Source of the DNA: Verrucomicrobiota bacterium | Lineage (GTDB): Bacteria; Verrucomicrobiota; Verrucomicrobiia; Opitutales; UBA953 | Reading direction: 5' to 3' | Length of the DNA stretch: 64,000 nt | Assembly (NCBI GenBank): GCA_030831965.1 | Contig: JAURJZ010000080.1 | Coordinates: 60,819-124,818 of the forward strand | In this document: piece by piece, positions 35,813 to 47,530 of the stretch | How positions within the stretch are numbered: the stretch's first letter is position 1 | Layout: each line of letters starts with the position of its first letter | Notes under the pieces: model-generated | What the model was told of the DNA's origin: nothing | Seen by the model: only the letters and a program-made list of their open reading frames with translations | The model's database searches: none | Translations under genes and position numbers: made by a program

Positions 35813-36898
35813 TCAGCGTTGGCCGGCGGGCCGGACCAGGCTGACGACGTCGCCCTCGGCGAGGCCCTTGGCGACCTCGGTCCAGCCGGCGTCGCTCAGC
35901 CCGGCCTCGATCGGCCGGCGCTGCCACTCGCCGGCGGGGCCGCGGACGTAGACGAAGCGGCCGGAGTCCTCGATGAACACGGCGGACACGGGGACGGCGA
36001 CGACGGCCTTGGCGGTGGCGATGAGGATGCGGGCGTTGGCGCTGATGCCCGGGCGGACGCCCCCGCCGGAGCCGAAGCCGATCTGGCAGGGGAAGACGCG
36101 GACCTCCTTGTCCTTGGCGTCGGCGGTGCCGAAGGGGGCGAGGAAGGTGACCTTGCCCTCGCGGCGGACGCCGGGCATGGAGTCGAAGGTGAGCGTGGCG
36201 TCGCGGCCGAGCTCGATGCGGGTGGCGTCGAACTCGTTCAGGTTGATGTCGACCCGCAGGGGGTCGACGGCCGAGACCTTCATGAGCAGGGTGCCGCTGT
36301 TGATCGACTGGGCGCCGACCGCAATCTGGCCCTCGAGCACGCCAAGGTCGCTGACCACGCCGTCGTGCGGGGCGCGGATGGAGACCTTGCGGAGGTTCTC
36401 CTCCGCCTTCTCGAGGCGGGACTGGGCGACCTCGAGCTGGAGCTTGCCCACCTCGTGGGCCGTCACGGCGTCCTCCATCTCCTTGGCGGAGACGAACTCC
36501 TTGGCGCGGAGGGCCTCGGTGCGGGCGCGGTCGCGGGCGAGCTTCTCCACGTTGAGCCGCTGGAGCTGCACGTTGCGGGCGGACTCGTCGCGGTCGGCGC
36601 GGGCGAGGGTCGGGTCGAGCTCGACCAGGAGGTCGTCCTTGCGGACGGGCTGCCCGATCTCGACGCGGATGCGGGCGATCTTGCCGCTGACCTCGGCCTT
36701 GATCTCGCTGGAGACGACGGGGCGCACGAAGCCGGAGGCGACGACGGCGGACTCGATGTCGCGGCGCTCCGCCTTGGCGACGAGGCGGCTGGCGACGGGC
36801 TCGGGGCCGGCGGCGGGACGGGAGGCGGGCGCGAGCCACCACCAGACGGCGGCGGCCGCGGCGGCCGCCAGGAGGGAGAGGACGGCGGTGCGTTTCAT
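35813..36898 (-). CDS. Efflux transporter periplasmic adaptor (MacA/HlyD family)
   Basis: Start MKRTAVLSLLAAAAA (36898). Lipoyl-like SEIKAEVSGKIARIRVEIGQPVRKDDLLVELD and a coiled-coil hairpin. Confidence 0.9.
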   Translation of the reverse strand: MKRTAVLSLLAAAAAAAVWWWLAPASRPAAGPEPVASRLVAKAERRDIESAVVASGFVRPVVSSEIKAEVSGKIARIRVEIGQPVRKDDLLVELDPTLARADRDESARNVQLQRLNVEKLARDRARTEALRAKEFVSAKEMEDAVTAHEVGKLQLEVAQSRLEKAEENLRKVSIRAPHDGVVSDLGVLEGQIAVGAQSINSGTLLMKVSAVDPLRVDINLNEFDATRIELGRDATLTFDSMPGVRREGKVTFLAPFGTADAKDKEVRVFPCQIGFGSGGGVRPGISANARILIATAKAVVAVPVSAVFIEDSGRFVYVRGPAGEWQRRPIEAGLSDAGWTEVAKGLAEGDVVSLVRPAGQR

Positions 36899-38418
36899 CG
36901 GGGGGGAAGGGGCGGGAGGGGCTCCTGGGGGCCGAGGCCGGCGCCGACGGCGGGCTCGGCCTCTTCCCAGGAGAAGCCGTGGCGGGCGAGGAGGGTGCCG
37001 TCGAGCCGCGAGGAGGTGGCGGCGGCGACGCGCGTGTCGAGGATGGCGCTGACCCAGGCGAGCTGCGCGCCGTCGAGCGAGGCCTGGGCCTGGAGGACGC
37101 GGGGGATGTCGGACACCCCGGCGGAGTAGCGGGCGCGCTCGCCCTCGTACACGCGGCGCTGGAGCTCGAGCGCGGCGGCCGCGGCGGCGAGCCGGGCGCG
37201 GGAGGACTCGAGCTCGCGCCAGGCGGCCCGCGCGTCGAAGGTCAGGGCCTGGCGGATCTCGGCGAGCTGGAGGTCGGCCGCGCGGCGGGCGCGGCGCGCG
37301 AGGCGGAGCTGGGCCTCGCTGTCGCGGAAGCCGACGGGGAAGGAGAGGGTGAGGCTGGCGGAGGCGTTCCAGCCGCGCTCGTCGGGAAGGGCGTCGAGGG
37401 CGGAGCCGAGCCGGCCGTGGACACCCGCCTCGCCGGCGAGGGAGCCGGCCAGGGTGAGGTCGAGGCGGGGGAGGTCGTTGGCGCGCGCCGCGGCGAGGCG
37501 GGTCTCGGCGGACTCGACCTGGAGGCGCTGGGCCTGGGCCTCGAGGTCGAAGTCGAGCACCTGCCCGAGCCAGGCGCGGTAGTCGGGGATGCCGGGCACG
37601 GGCTCGGTCGGGAGGGCGTCGACCCCGAGCTCGGCCACGCCGTTCTCCTCGAGTCCGAGGATGCGGCGAAGGCGGGTGTCGGCCAGCTCGGCCTGCTGGC
37701 GGGCGTTGAGGACGGAGACGCGCTGGTTGGCGACGTCGGCCTCGGCCTGGAGCTGCTCCTGGAGGGTGGCGGCGCCGAGACGGCGGCGCTCCGCGACCTC
37801 CTGGAGGAGGGATTCGGCGGAGCGGAGGCTCGTCTCGCGCAGGGCGACGAGCGAGCGGGAGGCGGCGAGCCCCCAGTAGCCGACCTCGGCGGAGCGCATG
37901 AGGTCGAGGACGGCGGCGCGGAGCAGGAGGCGGGAGCGGCCGGCGCCGAGGCGGGCGGTGACGACGGGGGCGAGGTTGACGGCGCCCCACCCGCCGCGAA
38001 GGAGGGGCTGGGTGAAGCTGACGGCGGTCCCGACCTGGACGAGGCGGTCGCCGGCGACGCCGTTGCTGTCCTCCCAGAACCGGTCGGCCTGCCCGCTGAG
38101 GGCGAGGGTCCCGCCCCAGGGCAGGGGTTGCTCGAGGGCGAGCTCGGATGACCAGGCGTCGCGGGCGAAGTCGCCGGCGCGGATCTCGTCGAGGGTGCGG
38201 GCCTTGCCGAGGGTGTTGGACCAGCGGAGGCGGAGGTCGAAGGCGGCGTCGGCGAGCTCGAGGTCATCGACCGAGTCGACGGCCTGCAGCCGCTGGATGC
38301 CGAGGCCGAGGTTGTGGGCGAGGGCTTGGCGGAGCGCGTCGCGGATGGGCAGCGGCTTCTCCGCCCCGGCGGCGGAGGCGGCGAGGGAAAGGAGGATGCC
38401 GGCGGCGAGACGACGCAT
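36895..38418 (-). CDS. TolC-family outer-membrane efflux protein
   Basis: Signal peptide, two OEP repeats, 507 aa. ATGA overlap with the adaptor gene. Confidence 0.85.
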   Translation of the reverse strand: MRRLAAGILLSLAASAAGAEKPLPIRDALRQALAHNLGLGIQRLQAVDSVDDLELADAAFDLRLRWSNTLGKARTLDEIRAGDFARDAWSSELALEQPLPWGGTLALSGQADRFWEDSNGVAGDRLVQVGTAVSFTQPLLRGGWGAVNLAPVVTARLGAGRSRLLLRAAVLDLMRSAEVGYWGLAASRSLVALRETSLRSAESLLQEVAERRRLGAATLQEQLQAEADVANQRVSVLNARQQAELADTRLRRILGLEENGVAELGVDALPTEPVPGIPDYRAWLGQVLDFDLEAQAQRLQVESAETRLAAARANDLPRLDLTLAGSLAGEAGVHGRLGSALDALPDERGWNASASLTLSFPVGFRDSEAQLRLARRARRAADLQLAEIRQALTFDARAAWRELESSRARLAAAAAALELQRRVYEGERARYSAGVSDIPRVLQAQASLDGAQLAWVSAILDTRVAAATSSRLDGTLLARHGFSWEEAEPAVGAGLGPQEPLPPLPPR

Positions 38419-38469
38419 GCGGGAACTACAACCCCCGGGCGGGGAATTGGTTCCGCGCCGGCCGCGGCG

Positions 38470-39168
38470 TCACTTGATGTCGAGCAGCTCGACCTCGAAC
38501 TCGAGGACCGACCCGCCGGGGATGGGGCCGTTGTCCTGGTCGCCGTAGGCGAGGTTGGCGGGGATCCAGAGCTTGATGACGCCGCCCTTGGCGATGAGCT
38601 GCAGGCCCTCGGTCCAGCCGGGGATGACCTCGCCGAGGCCGAAGCTGATGGGCTGGTCGCCGCGGGCGCGGGTGGAGTCGAAGACGCGCCCGTCGGCGAG
38701 GGTGCCGTGGTAGCGGCAGCTGACGGTGTTCTTGGCGGTGGGCTTGGCGCCCTCCCCGGCCTTGACGACCTTGTAGCGGAGGCCGGAGGCGGTCTTGGTC
38801 ACCTCCTTGTCGGCGTCGACCTTGGCGAGGAAGTCGGCGTTGGCCTGCTTGGCGCGGGCGGAGCGGGCGGCGGCGCGCGCCTGCAGGACGGCGTTGAAGC
38901 GGGGATCGAGGGCGGCGCCGGGCGCGTCCTCGGCGAGCATGGCGCGGCGGAGGCCGGCGAGGAAGGCGTCGACCTCGTCGGCGCTCATCTCGTAGTCGGT
39001 CCGGATGCCGGGCAGCGGCGACTGGGAGCCGATCTCAAAGCCCATGCGGGAGAAGGAGGCGCGCTGCTCGGCGGCGGTCAGCGCGGGCGCCGGGACGGCG
39101 GGGGCGGCCGGGGCGGGTGCCTGCTGGGCGGGAAGCGCGGCGGCGAGGGCGAGGAGGAGGAGTCGCAT
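38470..39168 (-). CDS. FKBP-type peptidyl-prolyl isomerase (FkpA-like, secreted)
   Basis: Signal peptide. YHGTLADGRVFDST...FGLGEVIPGWTEGLQLIAKGGVIKLWIPANLAYG. Confidence 0.9.
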   Translation of the reverse strand: MRLLLLALAAALPAQQAPAPAAPAVPAPALTAAEQRASFSRMGFEIGSQSPLPGIRTDYEMSADEVDAFLAGLRRAMLAEDAPGAALDPRFNAVLQARAAARSARAKQANADFLAKVDADKEVTKTASGLRYKVVKAGEGAKPTAKNTVSCRYHGTLADGRVFDSTRARGDQPISFGLGEVIPGWTEGLQLIAKGGVIKLWIPANLAYGDQDNGPIPGGSVLEFEVELLDIK

Positions 39169-39177
39169 GGGGAAAGG

Positions 39178-42432
<3,255 letters not shown>

Positions 42433-42497
42433 GGTCGCGATGACTGTCAGCGGCGGCCGAAGGAGGGGTCAAGCAGGGAAAGCCCCCGCCGGACCGA

Positions 42498-42911
42498 ATG
42501 TCGCTAATGCCGCTTGCGCGGCGGCGGCCGGCGGGCAATACCGGGGGGGTGGACCTCATACGGATCAACGGAATCCGCTCGTACGGGCACCATGGCGCCC
42601 TCCCCGAGGAGACCCGCCTGGGGCAGCGCTTCACCGTCTCGCTCGAGATCGAGCTCGACACCCGGCCGGCCGCGGCCGGGGACGACCTGCGCAAGACCGT
42701 CGACTACGCCGCCGTCATCCGCACGGTCGAGGAACAGCTCAAGGGCAAGCCCGTCTACCTGATCGAGACCCTCGCCCAGGCGATCGCCGCGCGCATCCTC
42801 GGCGGCTACCCCGTGGTGCAGGCGGTCACCGTGGAGGTGCACAAGCCCTTCGCCCCCGTGGCGGCCGACTTCGATGGCATCTCCGTGCGCATCCGGCGGG
42901 CCCGGGCCTGA
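42498..42911 (+). CDS. folB: Dihydroneopterin aldolase
   Basis: IRINGIRSYGHHGALPEETRLGQRFTVSLEI...DYAAV. The true start may be the GTG at 42549 (120 aa). Confidence 0.85.
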   Translation: MSLMPLARRRPAGNTGGVDLIRINGIRSYGHHGALPEETRLGQRFTVSLEIELDTRPAAAGDDLRKTVDYAAVIRTVEEQLKGKPVYLIETLAQAIAARILGGYPVVQAVTVEVHKPFAPVAADFDGISVRIRRARA

Positions 42912-43440
42912 GCCCGCGCAGGCCCTCCTTGGGCTGGGGGGCAACCTCGGCGACCGGGCCGCGCTGATCGGCCGCGCGCTCGAGCGGCTGGGGGGGCTGG
43001 CCTCGACCCGGCTCCTGGCGGTTTCGCCGGCCTACGACAGCGACCCGGTGGGCCCCCCGGGCCAAGCCACCTACCTGAACCTCTGCGCGGCGGTGGAGAC
43101 CGGGCTGGCCCCGGCCGAGCTGCTGGCGGCGGCGCTCGGCATCGAGGGCGAGCTGGGGCGGGTTCGCACGGTTGCGAACGGCCCGCGGACCTGCGACATC
43201 GACCTGCTGTTCCACAGCGCCGCGCCCCGGCTCGACGAACCCGGGCTCACCCTGCCCCACCCGCGCTGGCGAGGCCGCCCCTTTGTGGTGATCCCCCTGG
43301 GTGAGCTTCTCCAGCTGGGCGCGCTCGCCGCGGAGACCAGATGGGATGGACTCCGGGCGGAGATCGCGGCGCTGCGCGCGCCGGCCACCGGTCTCCGGCC
43401 ATGGACCGGACCGACCCCCTGGGCGAGACGCCCGACCTAG
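42874..43440 (+). CDS. folK: 2-amino-4-hydroxy-6-hydroxymethyldihydropteridine diphosphokinase
   Basis: ALLGLGGNLGDR..., PRTCDIDLLF, and LTLPHPRWRGRPFVVIPL. Overlaps the folB 3' end. Confidence 0.9.
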   Translation: MASPCASGGPGPEPAQALLGLGGNLGDRAALIGRALERLGGLASTRLLAVSPAYDSDPVGPPGQATYLNLCAAVETGLAPAELLAAALGIEGELGRVRTVANGPRTCDIDLLFHSAAPRLDEPGLTLPHPRWRGRPFVVIPLGELLQLGALAAETRWDGLRAEIAALRAPATGLRPWTGPTPWARRPT

Positions 43441-45038
43441 ACCCGCGGCATCGCCGCCCCCGGCACGGCCACGCACCCGCGCTGTGGCTCGCGCTGCCCC
43501 TCGCGGCGGGCTGCCTGGCGGCGGACGCGGGGGTGGCTCCCGCCCTGCCCTGCCTCGCGCTCGGCATGGCCGCCGCGCTGGCCGGCCTGCTGTGGCCGGG
43601 ACGCGCGCGCGCGGCCCCGGTGCTCCTGGCCGTCGCCGGCGTGGCCATCGGAGCGGCTTGGCACGGGGCCCGGGCGGCGCCGCGCGGGCCGTGGGCGGGG
43701 CCGCGGGCCCATGGCGACGTGTTCCTGAAGGTGGAGCGGGTGGAGATGCGCGGGGACGGCCGCTGGTGGGCGGTGGGGCAGGTGGAGCGGGGTCCGCCGG
43801 GCGCGGCGAGGCGGCGGATGATCGTGGAGGGCAAGGGCGTGGCGCCGGCGCGCGGCAGCCTGAGCGTCGTGCGCGGCTCGGTGCGGCCGGCCGACACCGG
43901 GGGACCTGGCGCGGGCTGGCGGCGCTCGCTGGGCATCACGCTCTCGATGGGCGGGGCGGAGGTCGGGGGCGAGGTCGAGCCGGCGTCGGCTTGGACGCGC
44001 TGGACCGACCGGGCGGCGGCGCGCCTCGGGTCGGCCCTGCGGGAATCGTGGCGCGGGGACGGGCGGGGCGAGCGCCTGCTGGCGGCGACCATGCTGGGGC
44101 GGACTCGGCTCCTGCCGGAGGAGGACAAGGCGGCCTTCGCGGCGACGGGCACGCTGCACCTGTTCGCCATCAGCGGCCTGCACATCGCGGGCATGGCGGC
44201 GATGCTGGTCCGGCTCGGCGATCTCGCCCGGCTGGACCGCCGTCGGGCGGCGGCGCTGGCCCTGGCCGCGCTCGCCGTCTACGTCGAGGTGACCGGCGGG
44301 GCGCCTTCGGCCCGCCGGGCCTGGCTCATGGCGGCCGGCATCCTGGCGTGCCGCCTGCTGGAGCGCCGGGCGAATCCGGTCCAGGGTTTGGCGGTCGCGG
44401 GGGCGTTGACGCTGGTGCTCGACCCGGAGGCGGCGGCGGACGCCGGCTTCCAGCTCAGCTACCTGTCGGTCGCCGGCATCCTGCTGGCGGGGTCGCCCGC
44501 GGCGCGAGACGCCGCCCGCCCGACCCTCGCGGAGCGCCTCACACCCCAGGGGGCCGGCCCGGCGGGCAGGCGTGCGGGGGGCTGGCTGGCGGCCAGGGCG
44601 AAGGAGGGGCTGTGCGTGTCGGCCGGCGCCTCGCTCGCGGGCCAGGGCACGGTCGTCTCGCTCTTCGGGCAGCTGTCGGCGGGGGGCGTCTTGGTGAACG
44701 TGGCGATGGTTCCCCTGGCCGCGGTGCCGCTCGCGCTGGGAATGGCATCGGTGGCGCTGACGCCCCTGACCTGGGCTGATCCGGCCAGGCTGGGCTTGAA
44801 CGCGCTGGCGGCGGCCTGGCTCGAGGGCATGGCCGGGCTTGCGGGCGCGGCGGCGGCGATTCCCGGAATGTCCTGGGACCTCGAGTGGCGGCACCCGGCG
44901 CTGGGCGACGCGGCGACGCTGGCGATGGCCGGGATGCTGCTGGCGAACGCCGAGGCCGAGGGATGGAGGCGGTTGCTTCTCCGGCCGCTGGGATTGGCGG
45001 TCGGCTCGCTCGCGTTGCTCGCGCGGGCGGGAACCTGA
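43401..45038 (+). CDS. comEC: ComEC/Rec2 family membrane protein (no C-terminal metallo-beta-lactamase domain)
   Basis: FAATGTLHLFAISGLHIAGMAAML competence-domain signature. Polytopic. ATG at 43401 overlaps the folK end. Confidence 0.8.
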   Translation: MDRTDPLGETPDLDPRHRRPRHGHAPALWLALPLAAGCLAADAGVAPALPCLALGMAAALAGLLWPGRARAAPVLLAVAGVAIGAAWHGARAAPRGPWAGPRAHGDVFLKVERVEMRGDGRWWAVGQVERGPPGAARRRMIVEGKGVAPARGSLSVVRGSVRPADTGGPGAGWRRSLGITLSMGGAEVGGEVEPASAWTRWTDRAAARLGSALRESWRGDGRGERLLAATMLGRTRLLPEEDKAAFAATGTLHLFAISGLHIAGMAAMLVRLGDLARLDRRRAAALALAALAVYVEVTGGAPSARRAWLMAAGILACRLLERRANPVQGLAVAGALTLVLDPEAAADAGFQLSYLSVAGILLAGSPAARDAARPTLAERLTPQGAGPAGRRAGGWLAARAKEGLCVSAGASLAGQGTVVSLFGQLSAGGVLVNVAMVPLAAVPLALGMASVALTPLTWADPARLGLNALAAAWLEGMAGLAGAAAAIPGMSWDLEWRHPALGDAATLAMAGMLLANAEAEGWRRLLLRPLGLAVGSLALLARAGT

Positions 45039-45063
45039 GAGACGGGGGAATTGTCCGTCACGG

Positions 45064-47484
45064 ATGCATTTGACCTTACGACTCGCCGCGGCGACGGGCG
45101 TCGCCCTGCTGGCCGGCTGCTCGCGCGAGCCCGAGGGCCCCCGCCAGGTGTCGGGCGTCTACCCGCACCTGACCATGCACAACGCCGAGGGCGAATGCGG
45201 GACGGGGGCGGTCGTCCCCTGGGCCGGCAAGCTCTGGGTTATCACCTACGGACCCCACCTGCCCGACGGGTCGAGCGACCGGCTTTGGGAGATCGACCGC
45301 TCGCTCGCCATCGCGAGCCGACCGGAGAGCGTCGGCGGGACGCCCGCGAACCGGATGATCCACCCGGAGACCGGGCAGCTCCTCATTGGGCCGTATGTCA
45401 TCGACGCCGGGGGCAAGGTGCGCGTCATCCCGCCCGCCGCGATGCGCGGCCGCCTGACGGGCAACGCGCGCCACCTGGGCGCCCCGGCCGAGAAGGCCTA
45501 CTACGCGACGATGGAGGAGGGCCTCTACGAGGTCGACCTCCGGTCGCTCGGCGTGCGCGAGCTGATCGCGGACGGCAACACGCCGAAAGGCGGCGCCGCC
45601 GCGAAGGCGGCCGAGGCGCCCGGCCGCGTCCGATCGGCTCTGCCGGGCTACCACGGCAAGGGCCTCTACTCCGGGCAGGGCCGGGTGATCTACGCGAACA
45701 ACGGCGAGCGCCACCCGCGGGTCGCGCTCGACCCCACCCTGCCCTCCGGCGCGCTCGCGGAATGGCGCGGCGAGGGCGACTGGTCGATGGTGCGGCGGGC
45801 CCAGTTCACCGAGGTGACGGGTCCGGGCGGGATCGCGGGCAACGCGGACCCGGCGCGCGACCCGGTGTGGAGCGTGGGCTGGGACGCCAAGTCGCTCCTG
45901 CTGATGGTCCTCGACGGGGGTGTTTGGACGGCCTTCCGCCTGCCCAAGCCCAGCCACAGCTACGACGGGTCCCATGGCTGGAACACCGAGTGGCCTCGCA
46001 TCCGGGACATCGGGGAGAGCGACCTGCTGATGACGATGCACGGGGCGTTCTGGCGATTCCCGCGGGGCTTCCGACCCGGGGCCGCGGGCGGCCTCGCCCC
46101 CCGTTCGGCCTACCTCCGGGTGATCGGGGATTTCGCCCGCTGGGGCGACCGCATCGCGCTCGGCTGCGACGACCATGCACAGAAGGAATTCCTCAACACG
46201 CGCCCGCTGAAGGCGCATGCCGGGGCGCCGCTCGTCTCGCACTCGAACCTGTGGTTCGTCGAGCCGGCCCGGCTCGGCCAGCTGGGCCCGGTGGTGGCGC
46301 GGGGCTCCGCCTGGCTCCGCGAGGAGGTGGCGGCGGGCGGGACCAGCGACCCGTTCCTGGTCGGCGGCTTCGAGATCCGCGCGCTCACCCTCGCCCACGA
46401 GGGCGCGGCGGCGGCGCGGTTCGTCGTCGAGATCGACGCCAAGGGGGACGGCGCGTGGCGCCCCTGGCGGGAGGCCGAGGTCGCGCCGGGCGCCGCCGCC
46501 TTCCTCGAGCTGCCCCGCGACCTGGGCGCGACCTGGGCGCGCGTGCGGGCGCCGGGAGGCGCGACCGGCGCGACCGCGCATTTCCACTGCCGCGAGGCCG
46601 ACCGGAGGCCGGCGCGCAACGGCAAGGCCTTCGAGGGCCTCTCCCGGCTCCCGCAGCCGGGGTCGGGCGGCACGCTGCGCTCGCTCTCGGAGAATCATCT
46701 CGGGTGGCTGGGCGAGGACGGCGTGCTGCGGCTGCTCGGCCGCGACCTCGCGCTGGCGGCGGGAGGCACCCCCGACGCCGCGGCCAAGGTCGCCGCGGCC
46801 AAGGCGCCGCCGAGCGCCTCGGTGCGCCGCGACGCCGCCTCGCTGATCGTGGAGGAGGACGGCCGGCGCTGGCGGCTGCCGGTGGGCGACCCCTCCCTCG
46901 CGGAACCGGCTCCCGGCGCCAGGATCGTGCGCGAGGTGGCGACGGAACGCGACCTGATGAACCTCGGCGGCACCTTCTTCGAGCTGCCGGCGCGCAACGC
47001 GCAGGGCATGGCCAAGGTGCGGCCGGTCGCGACCCACGGCCTGGCCATCGGGGACTTCTGCGGGCAATTCGGGCTGCTCGTGATGACCGGGGTGTCACCG
47101 GGGGCGAAGGGCGAGCGCATCGCCCGCGCGCCCGAGGGGGCGGCGCTGTGGATGGGCGTCATCGACGACCTCTGGCAGATGGGCAGGCCGCGCGGCGCGG
47201 GCGGACCGTGGAAGGACGCCAAGGCGGGCGCCGGCGAGCCCTCGGATCCCTACCTGCTGAGCGGCTACCAATCGCGCTCGGTCACGGTCGAGGCCGCGGA
47301 CGCCGCGGAGATCGCGCTGGAGGTCGACCTCGACGGCACCGGGGTTTGGGCGACCTGGGCGAGGATCCGGTGCGAGCCGGGGCGGCCGAGGACGCTCGCG
47401 ATCCCCGACTCCCTCGGGGCATATTGGATCCGCGCCCGGTCGGACCGCGCGACCACGGCGACCGTCCAGCTCGAGTACCGCTGA
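45064..47484 (+). CDS. Large lipoprotein of unknown function (806 aa)
   Basis: MHLTLRLAAATGVALLAGC lipobox (ATG at 45064, in frame with track ORF 44839..47484). Normal residue composition throughout. I recognise no domain. Confidence 0.75.
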   Translation: MHLTLRLAAATGVALLAGCSREPEGPRQVSGVYPHLTMHNAEGECGTGAVVPWAGKLWVITYGPHLPDGSSDRLWEIDRSLAIASRPESVGGTPANRMIHPETGQLLIGPYVIDAGGKVRVIPPAAMRGRLTGNARHLGAPAEKAYYATMEEGLYEVDLRSLGVRELIADGNTPKGGAAAKAAEAPGRVRSALPGYHGKGLYSGQGRVIYANNGERHPRVALDPTLPSGALAEWRGEGDWSMVRRAQFTEVTGPGGIAGNADPARDPVWSVGWDAKSLLLMVLDGGVWTAFRLPKPSHSYDGSHGWNTEWPRIRDIGESDLLMTMHGAFWRFPRGFRPGAAGGLAPRSAYLRVIGDFARWGDRIALGCDDHAQKEFLNTRPLKAHAGAPLVSHSNLWFVEPARLGQLGPVVARGSAWLREEVAAGGTSDPFLVGGFEIRALTLAHEGAAAARFVVEIDAKGDGAWRPWREAEVAPGAAAFLELPRDLGATWARVRAPGGATGATAHFHCREADRRPARNGKAFEGLSRLPQPGSGGTLRSLSENHLGWLGEDGVLRLLGRDLALAAGGTPDAAAKVAAAKAPPSASVRRDAASLIVEEDGRRWRLPVGDPSLAEPAPGARIVREVATERDLMNLGGTFFELPARNAQGMAKVRPVATHGLAIGDFCGQFGLLVMTGVSPGAKGERIARAPEGAALWMGVIDDLWQMGRPRGAGGPWKDAKAGAGEPSDPYLLSGYQSRSVTVEAADAAEIALEVDLDGTGVWATWARIRCEPGRPRTLAIPDSLGAYWIRARSDRATTATVQLEYR

Positions 47485-47530
47485 GCAGTCCCCGCTTGCG
47501 GCGGGCGGGGTCCGCCCCAAGTTGGGCGCC

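Noticed and set aside
47485-47530. FMN (RFN) riboswitch expected upstream of the riboflavin operon.
   Set aside because: The leader is only about 46 nt, far too short for an RFN element, and none of its conserved cores is visible.
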